From contig OX597840.1 in NCBI GenBank assembly GCA_951406725.2, positions 14,198,001-14,262,000 on the forward strand: 64,000 nt of DNA. Reading direction: 5' to 3'. Both the position numbers and the translations under genes were made by a program. This stretch comes from Octopus vulgaris (taxonomy: Eukaryota). Every line of letters starts with the position of its first letter. The first letter of the stretch is position 1. The notes below the pieces were generated by a model. The model did no database searches and was not told where the DNA came from. It saw nothing but the letters and a program-made list of their open reading frames with translations. This document shows positions 48,741 to 61,820 of the stretch, piece by piece.

Positions 48741-49289
48741 CAATGCATAGATGAAGACTCGCATTTATAGACAATGGAAAATCAGTTACTCAATAACTCC
48801 CGTATATTTTATTTGTGTTAAATGGATCTTGAGTTATAACCTTGAGTTTCATGTTTCTGATTATTGGGTTTGCCAGTTATTGAATTATACAGGAAAAAAT
48901 AACAAAGGAAAAAGAGAACAACGTTCATAAAATACTCTGAGCTTGCATTTGTAAGGCTTAGAGAACAGCTAAGTCGGTCAGTATTCTTGTGTGTGCAGTG
49001 TACACAGTGTATTGAAAGGCCAGCATTGAGAAACTGTTATGAAATAATGATGATATATATATATGTATGTATTTGTGTGTGTATGTATGTATTTATTTAT
49101 GTATGTATGTGTGTATATATGTATGTGTATATGTATGCATGCATGTATGTATGTATGTGTGTATGTATATGTATGCATGCATGTATGTGTGTATGTATGT
49201 ATGTATGCATGTATGTATGTACTTTTGAATGTGTGCATGCGTATATATGTATATATATATATGTTTTATTCTTTTATATATTTTAGAAG

Positions 49290-49474
49290 AAATCAACCCC
49301 AGGATTTATTCTTTGTAAGCCTAGTACTTATTCTATCGGTCTCTTTTGCTGAACTGCTACGTTATGGGGATGTAACCACACCAAAACCAGTTATTAAGTG
49401 ATGGTGGTGAGGAGAAATACAGACACAATGACATGCACATGTAAATATATATACATACATACATACACACACAC

Positions 49475-49525
<51 letters not shown>

Positions 49526-49680
49526 GGGATTCTTTCAGTTTCTGTCTACGAAATCCACTCACTAGTCTTTGTCCACCCCAAGGCTACAGTAGAAGACACT
49601 TGCCGAAGCTGCCATTCAGTGGGACTGAGCCCAGAAGCATGTGGTTGGGAAGCAAGCTTCTTACCACAGAGCCATACCTG
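49290..49680 (-). mobile_element. Family A SINE
   Basis: Reverse-complement copy with expanded internal microsatellite. Confidence 0.8.
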
Positions 49681-49744
49681 CTGCACCTATGTATTATGTA
49701 TATACATGTGTGTGTGTGTGCATGTCTGTGTGTGTATTATATAT

Positions 49745-50100
49745 CATCATCATCATCATCATCGTTTAGCGTCCGCTTTCCATGCTGGCATGGGTTGGAC
49801 AGTTCAACTGGGATCTGGGAAGCCAGAAGGCTGCACCAGGCCCAGTCTGATCTGGCAGTGTTTCTACGGCTGGATGCCCTTCCTAACGCCAACCACTCCG
49901 TGAGTGTAGTGGGTGCCTTTTACGTGCCACCGGCACAGGTGCCAGACAGGGCTTGCAAACGGCCACGATCGGATGGTGCTTTTTACGTGCCACCGGCACG
50001 GAGGCCAGTCGGGGCGGCGCTGGTAACAGCCACAATCGGATGGTTCGCTTATGTGCTACCGGCACTGATATCACAACTACAATTTCCATTGATGTTGATC
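49745..50100 (-). mobile_element. Relatively young RTE-type 3' end element
   Basis: (CAT)n-cgtttagcgtccgctttccatgctggc...tttacgtgccaccggcac twice; CpGs retained. Confidence 0.8.
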
Positions 50101-51429
50101 AACTTCGATTTTGGTTCTGATAATGTGTTTGTGTGTTTGTATGAATGTGTGTAGTAATGTATGTATGCATTTATAACCATGTATGTATGTATTTTGTATA
50201 TATATATGTCTGTGTGTTTGCCTAATCAATTGGTTGTGTTTGTTGTGCGTGTTTATGGAAGTGAGTTGACCAAGCCTTCCACATGGTCAGCAACGTTAAA
50301 GATTAAGTGATAGGGCAGCTGTCCTGTATTTTTACAACTGACCAAATCAATATATTGATGATCGTGATGTCCTGGTTTTAATGACAGTGATCTGTGATAT
50401 GAGGGAGATTTAGCTGCTATTTCTTGCTGAAACATCAACCATGAAGAGCCTCTCTGTATATTTTTAGTAAACTTTATTTAAAACAAAAAAAACAAACTGT
50501 TTGGTCATGAAGGGATTGCATTTTGTTCATAAGCAGTCTCAATTGAGGCTGGCCTTGGGTTAAATAGCAATGGTCACCAAAGCAACTGGATTAGTTTCAA
50601 CAATGAACTTTGAGCTGTTTGACCATTTGAATTCCTTTTCATGAAATTTATGTATGAGTGGCTGAGTATACTTCAGAAACATGTACATCATCATCAGCAG
50701 CACCATCATCTTCATCATCATCATCATTGTTGTTGTCATCATCATCATTTTAACATCCACTTTTTCATGCTTGCATGGGTTGGAGAAAACTGTGGGAGGC
50801 AGATTTTCTCTGGTCAGATTCTCTCCCTGTTTCTAACACTTACCTATTTCCAATTAAGGTAATATTTCCTTTGAATATGAGCAGTTCAGTGGCCAGACAT
50901 GTTTTTGCAGAAGGCATCATTGCCTCCCTCCCTTACTATTCAATGGTGCATCCTCAGATTTAAAAAATACAGTTTACAAAAATCTTCTCACTCCTTGTCT
51001 TAGAAATGTATCAACACATTGGACCATAAAGATCTGTTGCTTATGGCTGCAGCTGTAGCTCAACCCAGTGGACACTGAGGTCAACCTAATGGGCAGCTGA
51101 GGGGGTTCAGCTGTTTACTTTGCAATGATGAAGTCCTGGTCTGATTGCACTTCCATGGTACCTTGGAATCATTACTATAGCTCTAGGTCAATGCAAGCAT
51201 TGTGAATGAATCTGGGCACAAGCTCAGAAACAGGGAGTAAAAAGAGTGCAAGGGCACCCCCTAAAATTTTGTGAGGACATTAAAAGCACTTTGAGCATCC
51301 CCTTGAAAAACTTCATCGCCAAAACAAATGAGCATAGAAGCATTTTTGGACTGATTTGAAGCATTACTTTCCCATTATTGGATTTACCTTATTTGATCTA
51401 AGTACAAATCAATATTATACCTGTGGTTA

Positions 51430-51645
51430 CGGCAGCAAACTGGCAGAACTGTTAGCACACTGGGCAAAATGCTTAGTGGTATTTCAGCTGTCACTATGTT
51501 CACAGTTCAAATTCTGCCGAGGGCAACTTTTCCTTTCATCCTTTTAGGGTCGATAAATTAAGTGCAAGTGAAACATTAGGGTCGATCTAATCGACCATAC
51601 CCCTTCCCCAAATTCCTGGCCTTGTGCCTGTATTAGAAAGGATTA
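51430..51645 (+). mobile_element. Family B SINE
   Basis: Head ggcagcaaactggcagaactgttagc and core present. Confidence 0.8.
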
Positions 51646-52904
51646 TAGCTGTATTTGTTTTGATGTTAAGATCAACTTCATAAAAATGTTTTGGGCCTCA
51701 GTTTGCACCACTGGGCAAATTTCATTCTCATACTTATGAATCTGGATAAACAGAAGTTATTTTGTAGTGCAAACTGCACCAGTCATGAAAGGTGCAAATT
51801 TGTTATGTCCTGAGCCAGGCAGGGAATTATCTTAAAGGTACACCTGTCCAAAGAATACTCAACCACTAATGTTTAATTTAACAAGTTAGCTGATTGAATA
51901 ACTGAATGCTTATCAGTGAAACTTTCCATTAATATTTATAAACCATGAAATTGTTGAATCTCTGAAATAAGGTGCGAATAAATTAATTAATGTTTATTGA
52001 TGTTCCCAGTTAATCAATCTTTGAAGGGAATGCTAAAATGCACCCAACCCACTCTGTAAGGCAAATGCAACACCAAAGGTGGTTGTTTTGTGTGCGTTGG
52101 GTGCATGAAAATGGAGACAATCTGACCAACCCAGCAAACTACTTATTCAAGGCTGACCCAGGGTTAAACAACGTTAACTCTATATATGAGAAAGAGGGAG
52201 GAAGGGAGAGGGCAGGGTAGGGTGAGTTGAATCATAAATGTGAGAAAGACAAAAAGGAAGTGGCAAAAAGACAATGGAAATCAGGTCAAGAAGATTTGAT
52301 TAGTAGAATGGAGATAAAGCAGTGGTGAGGATTTGGGAGCAGCATTTCCTGCTAATTTTTCTGTTGTCAGTCTGTGCAGCTATCTGAGGTTGAGTAAAAT
52401 ATGGTTCCTGTCACACACTGAATTTTTAAATCTCTTACGTGTCTGTCATTAGGCTGTGGCCATGCTGGGGCACTGCTTTGAACAATTTTACTTCAACCTA
52501 TTGATCCCAGTACTTTGAATGAAATCATTATTAATTACTGCATTACTTCTGACACTTCACCTTTTGCACCAGATGAACTTCTTGTGTATGTGTTGGCACA
52601 TGTTTGCACAGCTTAGAAAGAACAATTATCTAGGAAGAGTGCATCCAGGTGAGGATGCAGATGTGAGAGGAAGGAGTGGTGGTGAGGGGGCAGTTGTGGG
52701 GTTAAGTTCATTTTGCAACCATGTATGTTTTACAGTGACTTCTGGCAGTTTTCCACCAAAGTGTCTGGTTGACCAATACCTTGGGAATGGAATTTGGTAG
52801 ACAGGCAGTGTCTTCGTCTGCTTGTGACTACATAAATACCTAAAATAACTAGTGAAAATCTGGTACATGTTACCAGATCATTCTTGCTTGAAAATGATGG
52901 CTTT

Positions 52905-53010
52905 AGTTATAGACATCTAAGTACTATGGTTATAGGCATCAATACACTATAGTTATGGCTATAGTTATAGGCATCAATATACTAAGGTTATGGCTATAGT
53001 TATAGGTGTC
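52905..53010. repeat. Short degenerate minisatellite (gttataggcatcaat..acta..gttatggctata)
   Basis: Three to four overlapping copies read directly. Confidence 0.7.
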
Positions 53011-53589
53011 TCTGTACTATGCGTGTGTGTATCCATATATTTTTGTTTGATTGGTTGGGAGATATGGACTTTGTCCATGGTCTTCATAGTTCTTTCTAGT
53101 CTGGTGAGATTGATGCAATTAATATTCTTAATAAATATTTGTAAGTCACCACCTGAAGGAAAGACGTGAAGTGGGGGTTGGCTAGAATTTAAAGGGCTGA
53201 TGTTCTGGGGAGAAAGACTGGGCATACTCTGTGTGTGGTTATATGTGTCCATTGTTGATATATCTATTAGCGATGGATTAAGAATTGGTGAGTAAATGGA
53301 AAGACTGGTGATATTTGAGCAAAGCCCCTTGTGATATTTGTTTAACAGTGAATTACAGACACTCCCTTGTCACTGTTAAGATCAGAAGTAGTGAATGAAT
53401 GATTAATCCATTTGGAAACCTGTAACTGACAATACTATTGTTGTTAACCCATTGTGATATCGAAAAAATATTTTTATATACGAGAAGTGTAGCTGGATCA
53501 GCCATAGTAACCAAGGTAACAGGCTGGTCAAGTATTTATTTGTTTTTATAATTGTAAAGACTGATCTGTTTGGGGGAAGAATAAAGGGA

Positions 53590-54020
53590 TTAATGTCAGT
53601 TCTTGTTACTTGAGACCCTGACCAGCTCTGACCCAGTAGACCTATGATCAAACTCATTACAGCTATGAACCTGCTCCCAATTCTTTATTTCAGATCTTGT
53701 ATGTTAAATCTGTTATCCATTACGTCTTTTTACGATGGTAGGGTGATGTGAGGGGGATTTTCCTGTTATTTCTCACAGGCTGAGAGGTTTCATTGACTTC
53801 CACTTGAGTGCTCAATACCATGAGTGAAAAGATGTGAACTTATTGTTACTTTGTAACCCCAGGTCAGTCCTGATTTAGCTGGTCTATTATCAAAGACATT
53901 CCAGCTGTGACTATCCCATTTATCTTTTAGACACTGTATATCGAGGACAGCATAATGTATCATGTTCTTTCTGAAGTCACTGAGGCATGATTTGAGGGAG
54001 ATTTTTCTGCAGTTTCTAGT
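53590..54020 (+). repeat. Two copies of an unclassified interspersed repeat
   Basis: Motif agacctatgatcaaa...ttccagc..tgac.atcc...gatttgagggagattt; related copies at ~12700, 15760, 20800, 21770, 24400 and 37100 (-). Confidence 0.65.
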
Positions 54021-54092
54021 ATTCAGTGATGGCAGAGAAAGAGAGAGGGAGAGGGCTGGAGGGAAAGAGATTTGTAGAAAAAGAAAGATAAT

Positions 54093-54402
54093 AGAGAGAG
54101 ACAGACAGACAAACGGAGAAACAGTAATAACAGAGTGAAAGAGAAAGGTAGAGAGAAACTAAGAGAGGAAGTACATCAAGATAGGGTGACAGAGAAAGAA
54201 AGTGAGAGATATAGAGGAGATGAAGTTAGATAAAGAGAGAGAGAGAGAGGAGGGAAAAGCAAGAGACATTACTCAAGAAGAAAAAGAGGTGGTGAGAGAG
54301 AGAGAGACAGAAAGAGAGGGGTGGAGTGAAATTATATAGCTAGATATATACTGAGAGTATGAGAGAGTGAGAGAAAAAGAGAGAGAGAGAGAAAATTAAA
54401 GA
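54093..54402 (+). repeat. Left arm of a ~300-bp inverted repeat
   Basis: Reverse complement of 56102-56405, including non-simple stretches such as gtacatcaagatagggtgac. Confidence 0.9.
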
Positions 54403-54930
54403 TGAAAGTAGTGAGTGTATTTACACAGCTTCCATTGCTGTCATAGTCTCACCATCGTCCAACACCACTACTTGTAGTCAAACACATTCATTTTATTAAC
54501 CCAGAAACAATGAAAGGTTAAGTCAGACTGGGTGGGATTTGAACTCATTGTAAACTAGCATCAAAATACTTAGTCCAAAACTTAACCACTTCACTATCTA
54601 GGGTCTACATTTTGTTGTTTTACTTTTATTTATTTTCTCCCACCCCTCCCACCACCTTCATCACCACCAACCTCTTCTTTGTTTCTCCTATTTGTTTTTG
54701 ATTTCTTTTAATCAACATTGTCATTCTTGTGATCAATATTGTAATCATCATCATCACCACTATTATTGTCATCTACATCATCATTACCAGCATCACCATC
54801 ATTGTTATCATCATAACCACCACCACCACTGCAGCCGCTGCCACCACCAGCACCATCACCACCACAACTCCCACCACCACCACCATTAGCACCTGCCTGC
54901 AGTGTTTTTCACACTATAGTAACCAAGTAT

Positions 54931-55032
54931 AGTAACCAAGGCAGAAGATGAGAAATTGTTCTTTGTGATAGTGAGACATAGGGATGTCTCACTATCACAA
55001 AGAACAGTTTCTCATCTTCTGCCTTGGTTACT
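54931..55032. repeat. 49-bp stem hairpin with 4-nt loop
   Basis: 48/49 Watson-Crick pairs; the exception is T-G on the plus strand; loop aggg. Confidence 0.95.
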
Positions 55033-55514
55033 CCTTACCCCCAGACGTGAATAGCATTGCTCACATTCACACAACTGCACTCTTCTACATCATGTTCCAC
55101 CCTCCCACCTTCCACTGTACTCCACCACTACACACCACACTTCCACATTTCATCTCAAAGGCCATCTACACTAATCCTATACCACTATACATCCACAAAG
55201 ACTGAACAAACCACACGTATAAACCCACAAGTATATCCACTTACTTCACATGCACACACATACATGGGCACACTGATATACACACCATCTCACCTTACAC
55301 CAATCAACCCAGTACCCTATCCCATGTACATCGCTCAGTTACTCCTCATATACCATATTCTAATCCAATACATTTGTACTACCACATAAACTTGTTACAG
55401 CATACAATGTGCATGCACTTGGAAGCATAACCCTGCCTATCTCTCTCTTTCTCTCTCTCTCTCTCTATATATATATATAATATATATGTGTGTGTGTGTA
55501 TATTTTCTCTTTTC

Positions 55515-55901
55515 TCTTTCTCTTTTACTTGTTCCAGTCATTTGACTGCGGCCATGCTGGAGCACCGCCTTTAATTGAGCAAATCGACCCCGGGACTTAT
55601 TCTTTGTAAGCCTAGTACTTATTCTATTGGTCTCTTTTGCCGATCCGCTAAGTGACGGGGGACATAAACACACCAGCATCGGTTGTCAAGCAATGCTAGG
55701 GGAACAAACACAGACACACAAACACATATATATATATACATACGACGGGGTTCTTTCAGTTTCCGTCTACCATATCCACTCAAGGCTTTGGTCGGCCTGA
55801 GGCTATAGTAGAAGACACTTACCTAAGGTGCCACACAGTGGGACTGAACCTGGAACCATGTGGTTGGTAAACAAGCTACTTACCACACAGCCACTCCTGC
55901 G

Positions 55902-55903
<2 letters not shown>
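55515..55903 (-). mobile_element. Young family A SINE, full length
   Basis: Close to the consensus of the other copies, CpGs retained. Confidence 0.9.
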
Positions 55904-55948
<45 letters not shown>

Positions 55949-56101
55949 TCATGGCTTGATGGGTTCAACATGCCACATTAAGCGTTCATACGCACACATA
56001 CACAGTAATGTTTTTGAGTCCCCCCCCACCTATTCTTCATCTTACTTTCTCTCCCTCTCTTGTTCTCTTCATTTCTCTAACGTTTTACTTTACCCCTCTC
56101 T

Positions 56102-56405
56102 TCTTTAATTTTCTCTCTCTCTCTTTTTCTCTCACTCTCTCATACTCTCAGTATATATCTAGCTATATAATTTCACTCCTCCCCTCTCTTTCTGTCTCTC
56201 TCTCTCTCTCTCACCACCTTTTTCTTCCTGTGTAATGTCTCTTGCTTTTTCCCTCCCTCTCTCTCTTTATCTAACTTCATCTCCTCTATATCTCTCACTT
56301 TCTTTCTGTCACCCTATCTTGATGTACTTCCTCTCTTAGTTTCTCTCTACCTTTCTCTCTCACTCTGTTATTACTGTTTCTCTGTTTGTCTGTCTGTCTC
56401 TCTCT
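56102..56405 (-). repeat. Right arm of the inverted repeat, flanked by a 39-bp direct repeat
   Basis: Direct repeats 56064-56102 and 56401-56439, 2 mismatches. Confidence 0.88.
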
Positions 56406-57944
56406 TCATTTCTCTGACATTTTACTTTACCCCTCTCTTTATCATCTCTCCCTCCCCACCTATTCTCCCTCTCCCCCACATTCTTACTATTATCCAGTTT
56501 ATTACTCCACCCACAGTCTTACTATCTCACTCTCTAACTTATTGTTACACTAAGCCTGTAATGTAAACAAACATCGTAAATTCAGTATCCTCTTCTTTTC
56601 CTTTCATTTGGTGTATTTATTTTCATTGTACACATTCCTTGGTGGTTGTTATTTTGTTACATACTTAGTATCCATGTGTTTCTCCACTGCATGTTTTACA
56701 TATATTATTTATCTCCTCTTCATAATTTTCCTCATTTCACTTGTGATATTCATTCATCAATCAATCTATCCATCTCTCCACCTATATGTGCCTGCATGCT
56801 TGTCTATCTATCTAAACACATATCTCCTTACCTCTCCAGCTAGCTGTCCATCTCTCTGACTCTCAATGTCTGCTTTTCTGTTTGTCTTGGTTTTTCTATC
56901 TGTCCATCCACATATCTAACTAGCTGTGTCTGTCTGTCTGTCTGTTTATCTATCAATCTATATGTCTGTCTATGTATGTATATATGTATGTATGTATCTA
57001 CCTACCTGTCTATCTCTCTATCTTCTATGTATTTGTCTGTCAATCTGTCTGCATATCTATTAACCTATCTCGCAAGCTAGCTGCTTGTCTGTCCGCATAT
57101 TTATCTCTATTTGTGTTTTTCCAGATATCTATCTATCTGAATTTCTGTCTCTCTCTATCTGTCTGTCTGTCTGTCTCTATCTGTCTGATTATCTTTCCAT
57201 CTATCTATATATCTGTCTATCTATCCATCCATCTATCTTTCTATCTATTTGCCTCCACATACCTATTTACCTATCTAACTAGCTGCCAATTCCACCTGTC
57301 TCTCTCTCTCTCCTGGTTTCCATTCAAATGTTTGTTATATTAATACGTGCAAACTCAGACATGGGCAATTGCTGTCTGCCTAAAGGGTTTACTCTGGTCA
57401 CTGACCTAGTGATCCTGCCTCCACATCTCTAATGGACACTAACCTTTAATCCTACCCCATCCCCACCGACCCATTCTGATATTCCCCCACTCCGTCCTCC
57501 CCACCTCCTTCATAATCCTCTACTAATTCTCTTCTTTTCCTTCTTCACCCACCTCTCTCTCTCTTTCTCTCCAACCCTTCTCTCAATTCTCACGTATGAA
57601 CAACAACTAATTCTTTACCAATTTCAGTCATTCTTCATTTTTTTCCATTCTTCCATCGATTAAAGACATATAAAAACAAAAAAGCGAAATCTATATTCTT
57701 CTCCCCAAAGCGAAACTTTCCAACATCAAAACCTCTTCTCTCAAACACACAACAACTTCAAGAAATTTGTATTTTGCTCATTCCTATCGTAAATGTTGCA
57801 ACAGAATGATTCTGATCCCAACTGGATTCTGTTTTTCTTTAACTTTCTATCTATGTGTAAATGTGTACAGATTAAGAGACAAACACATAGTTGATGGACA
57901 GATGAGCAGATAGATAGATGGATGGACGGATGGACAGACACATA

Positions 57945-58240
57945 GTGAAGGCGCATGGCTCAGTGTGTCGAGCTTGCAACTGTGAGATTGTGAGTTCGAA
58001 TCTTGGATCGGGCTGCGTGTTGTGTTCTTGAGCAAGACACTTTATTTCACGTTGCTCCAGTTCACTCAGCTGTAGAAATGAGTTGCAACATCACATGTGC
58101 CAAGCTGTATCGGCCCCTTTGCCTTTCCCTTGGATAACATCGGTGGCGTGGAGAGGGGAGGCTGGTATGTATGGGCGACTGCTGGTCTTCCATAAACAAC
58201 CTTGACCAGTCTTGTGCCTGGGAGGGTAACTTTCTAGGTG
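57945..58240 (+). mobile_element. tRNA-headed SINE with V/Deu-like central domain
   Basis: ggcgcatggctcagtg...gagttcgaatc...gtgttcttgagcaagacactttatttcacgttgctccagttcactcagctg. Confidence 0.75.
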
Positions 58241-58334
58241 CATTCTGATATGCCTCCCCACCTTCTTGCTCATATCCTCTTCATCTCACCTCCATCATAA
58301 CCCTCTTATTGATTCTCTTCTTTTCCTTCTTCAC

Positions 58335-58370
<36 letters not shown>

Positions 58371-58452
58371 AAAGGTGGTGCTCCAGCATTGCCACAATCA
58401 AATAACTAAAACAAATAAAAGAAAAGAATAATTATATATATATATAATATAA

Positions 58453-58486
<34 letters not shown>

Positions 58487-59029
58487 CATATATACATACA
58501 TGTACATATATGCATGTATATATCATTTATATTATTATATGATCGAATGCCATGCATCCATTTCCAAGTAAGTTTTATCCATGTATCTATCTATCTACCT
58601 ACCTCCCTACCTAACTTCCTACCTTCCTACCTTCATACCTACCTTCCTACCTACCCACCTAGCCACCCATCCGTCCGTCCATCCATCCATCTATCCATCT
58701 ATCTGTCTATGCTTCTTTCACTTTCCGTCTGCCAAATTCAGTCGCAAGGCTTTGGTCAGCCCAAGGCTTACTCAAGGTGCCATGCAGTGAGATTGAACCT
58801 GGAACCAAGCTTCTTACCACACAGCCACACCTGCATGATATATATTTATATATATATATATATTTACATATCATGATCATGGGATTGACCATACTATTAG
58901 ATGTTGTCATACATCACTGGTTACAATGCCCTTTGAATTGTTTTAGCTCTCAAATGATGCAGTCTTGGGTTCAACACCCTAACGACTACACATAAATATT
59001 CATGTGCAAATATAATTCATTTATATACA

Positions 59030-59417
59030 TAGGCACAGGAGTGGCTGTGTGGTAAGTAGCTTGCTTATCAACCACATAGTTCCAAGTTCAGTCCCACTGC
59101 ATGGCACCTTGGGCAAGTGTTTTCTACTATTGCCTCAGGCCGACCAAACCTTGTGAGTGGATTTCGTAGATGGAAGCTGAAAGAAGCCTGTCGTATATGT
59201 GTGTGTGTGTGTGTGTGTGTTTTTCCCCCCACTATCACTTGACAACAGGTGCTGGTGTATTTACGTTCCCATAACTTTGTGGTTCAGCAAAAGAGACTGA
59301 TAGAATAAGTACTAGGTTTACAAAGAATAAGTCCTGGGATCAATTAGCTCAACTAAAGGCAATGCTGCAGCATGGCCGCTGTCAAAATCGCTGAAACAAG
59401 TAAAAGAATAAAAGAAT
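59030..59417 (+). mobile_element. Family A SINE, full length
   Basis: Complete head to tail. Confidence 0.9.
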
Positions 59418-60074
59418 ATATTTAATTAAACATACACATATATGCACAGACATGCTCACATAAATATGTTTTTGTATACATGTGCGTGTGTGTGTTTGTG
59501 CATGCGTGCATGTGTTGGAGACTCTCTTTTATATTCAGTTACTTCCCATCAATAATAATTAAAATTCAACTGTAGAATAATATTTAATCTATTTATTTTG
59601 TAGTAACGAAGGCAATCAAAATCATTAATTCGCAGTCATATATGTTTGTATTTCGATGTAAATCTCTTCATCTTCAGCAGAGTGTTCAATTTCAATTTAA
59701 TTAGGTTAGTAAATAATTTCAATCTGAGAAAGGTAACAAGAAAGAGAACAGTTACAAGAGTCACAGCAGTCAGATTTTTCCATATTGGAAACGGAATGAT
59801 TGAGGAGAATGGTAATGAATGTTCTCACTGTCTTTTAGTTCCTCTCCTTTTCAAAAGAAATTTAAAGATATTTCTGTTTATATTTGAATTTGAGAAGGAA
59901 GAAGGAATTCTATCAAAGCCCACGGCGCACAAAACAAATGAATCTCTTCAGCATCTTCATCCTCTTCTCCCCCTGTCGTGTGCAAGTGTATTCAAGACTG
60001 CATACATTCACTAACTTTCTCCTTATCATTACTATTCTAATCTGAAAAACTGCCTCCATCTGGATTCTTTTAAT

Positions 60075-60116
<42 letters not shown>

Positions 60117-60206
60117 ATCTGTCTGTCTCTCTGTCTCTCTGTCTGTCTATCTATCTCTCATTTTTGGCTCTAGAAAATGGTATCTATTCATATGGCATCT
60201 CATTAA

Positions 60207-60423
60207 CCTCTCAGCATTTAAACTGGCTGCATCTGGCCTCAGATATTCTACTTGTTCTATATTCAAACCAGCTGGATCTAGCCTCTCACACCTACTCTAT
60301 TATGTCATTCTAAAAATAAACACTCATATTGAAAGAGTGAAGTATTGAGAGAGTGCATGATTAATTAAAATTAATTTGAATAAATGACCATCACTTTTGA
60401 CTGAATAATCTGAATATTAAGGG
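60207..60423. mobile_element. piggyBac-type MITE (older)
   Basis: TTAA at 60203-06 and 60424-27; ends cctctcagcatt / aatattaaggg. Confidence 0.65.
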
Positions 60424-61789
60424 TTAATATCCCCCAATCTAGCAATCCTGTCTTGATGAAATTGAGGTAACATCAAACTAGACATAGGAGATTTGGACTG
60501 TTATGAATCATCCAGCCTCTGCTAGCAAGGAATGTGAATGTAAATTGATGACGACGATGTTGACAATGATGATGACAACGACGATGACGATGATATACAG
60601 GTGCTGAAACCGTCTCTGGTGCTGAGCCCTGTGCCTCTGGTGCTGATGCATCCAGTACACTCCATTGAGTGGTTGGTCTTAGGAAGAACATCTCAGCTGT
60701 AAAAACTAGACCAAAACTGAAATGTATGAGAGTGATGTGGTTGTATGACCAGTCTTAGATGGCTGTCACTTTGAATAAGAACTGATTTGGACCATAATGA
60801 CCTGTCCATTCCATGCCATCATTGAAAATGGATGTAAAATGACGACGATGATATCTAACAATGTTGTGTCAAGGTAATAAAACATTAACAGATTGTACAA
60901 TGTTGTTTAGCACAAAGATGGAGCAAGAAGTAGCTATACGTGAATGTAAACCAATGGAAACTAATGTTGAGACTTGTGTAAGGTGTTAATGGCTGGAAAG
61001 TGAAATATTGCAATAACAAAATAATACGCTGCCCTTATAGGTCTGTCTTAACAAAGAAATTGTCTTGTGTGATGAACTAATGGTACTTTAGATAATATAT
61101 ATATGGAGTGGGTATATCAAAGTGAGGGCCTAAAATATGAAAGACCTGAGGAATTGTGTAGGGCATGTTAATGGCAGTATACAGGGCTTTGATTAGGAGA
61201 CAGTATTTTGTTTATTTTTGGTAGCTAGATTCCCTTTTTCTTCGCTGGTTTGGTTTTGGTCAAGAAGGTTGCAGAGCAGTGATTTGTAATTAGAAGGAAA
61301 CAGAAAATACTTCATCATGGAATACGGCAGACACATGTCAGGAAAAGGCCAACAACTGAGAGTTAAGAACAAATTGTCAGTGAGTAATCGGCACATGATT
61401 GGGGGAATAGCTGCTCTCAATTTGGTGGTTGACTGGGTAACGGAGGAAGAAAATGTAGTTTCACAAGTAAGGCTGCATTTAAAGATGTGTTTTATTCTAA
61501 ACTTTGATACTTATGAGAACATAATAAACAACTCATCATTTAGCGTCCGCTTTCCATATATTATAAAAGAGAAACTGATCTCCATTTGTCCATAACAACA
61601 TCTGTGTCAAGAGAAGGAAGAGTTTAAAAAAAGAATTTCTCTTAGAACAATTCATGAAGATTCATGCATGATTAACAAATATTTTTACCAGCAGCGCAAG
61701 AATGGGTAATGACTTACTCATATATCAAACGCTGATAAGGACACCATATTTCATTATGCAACTGTGATATGTATACATGTATACGCACG

Positions 61790-61820
<31 letters not shown>

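Noticed and set aside
53365-53435. Possible hammerhead (GAAA-cctg-TA-actgacaa with upstream ttgtcact)
   Set aside because: No recognisable CUGANGA core; too degenerate.
54403-56101. One giant nested palindrome centred on the 54931 hairpin
   Set aside because: Sequences between the hairpin and the outer arms are not complementary to each other.
60850-61500. Possible DIRS-like RT relic (minus-strand DNFFVKTDL..AAYY)
   Set aside because: A single short motif needing a frameshift, with no other RT motifs in the right order.
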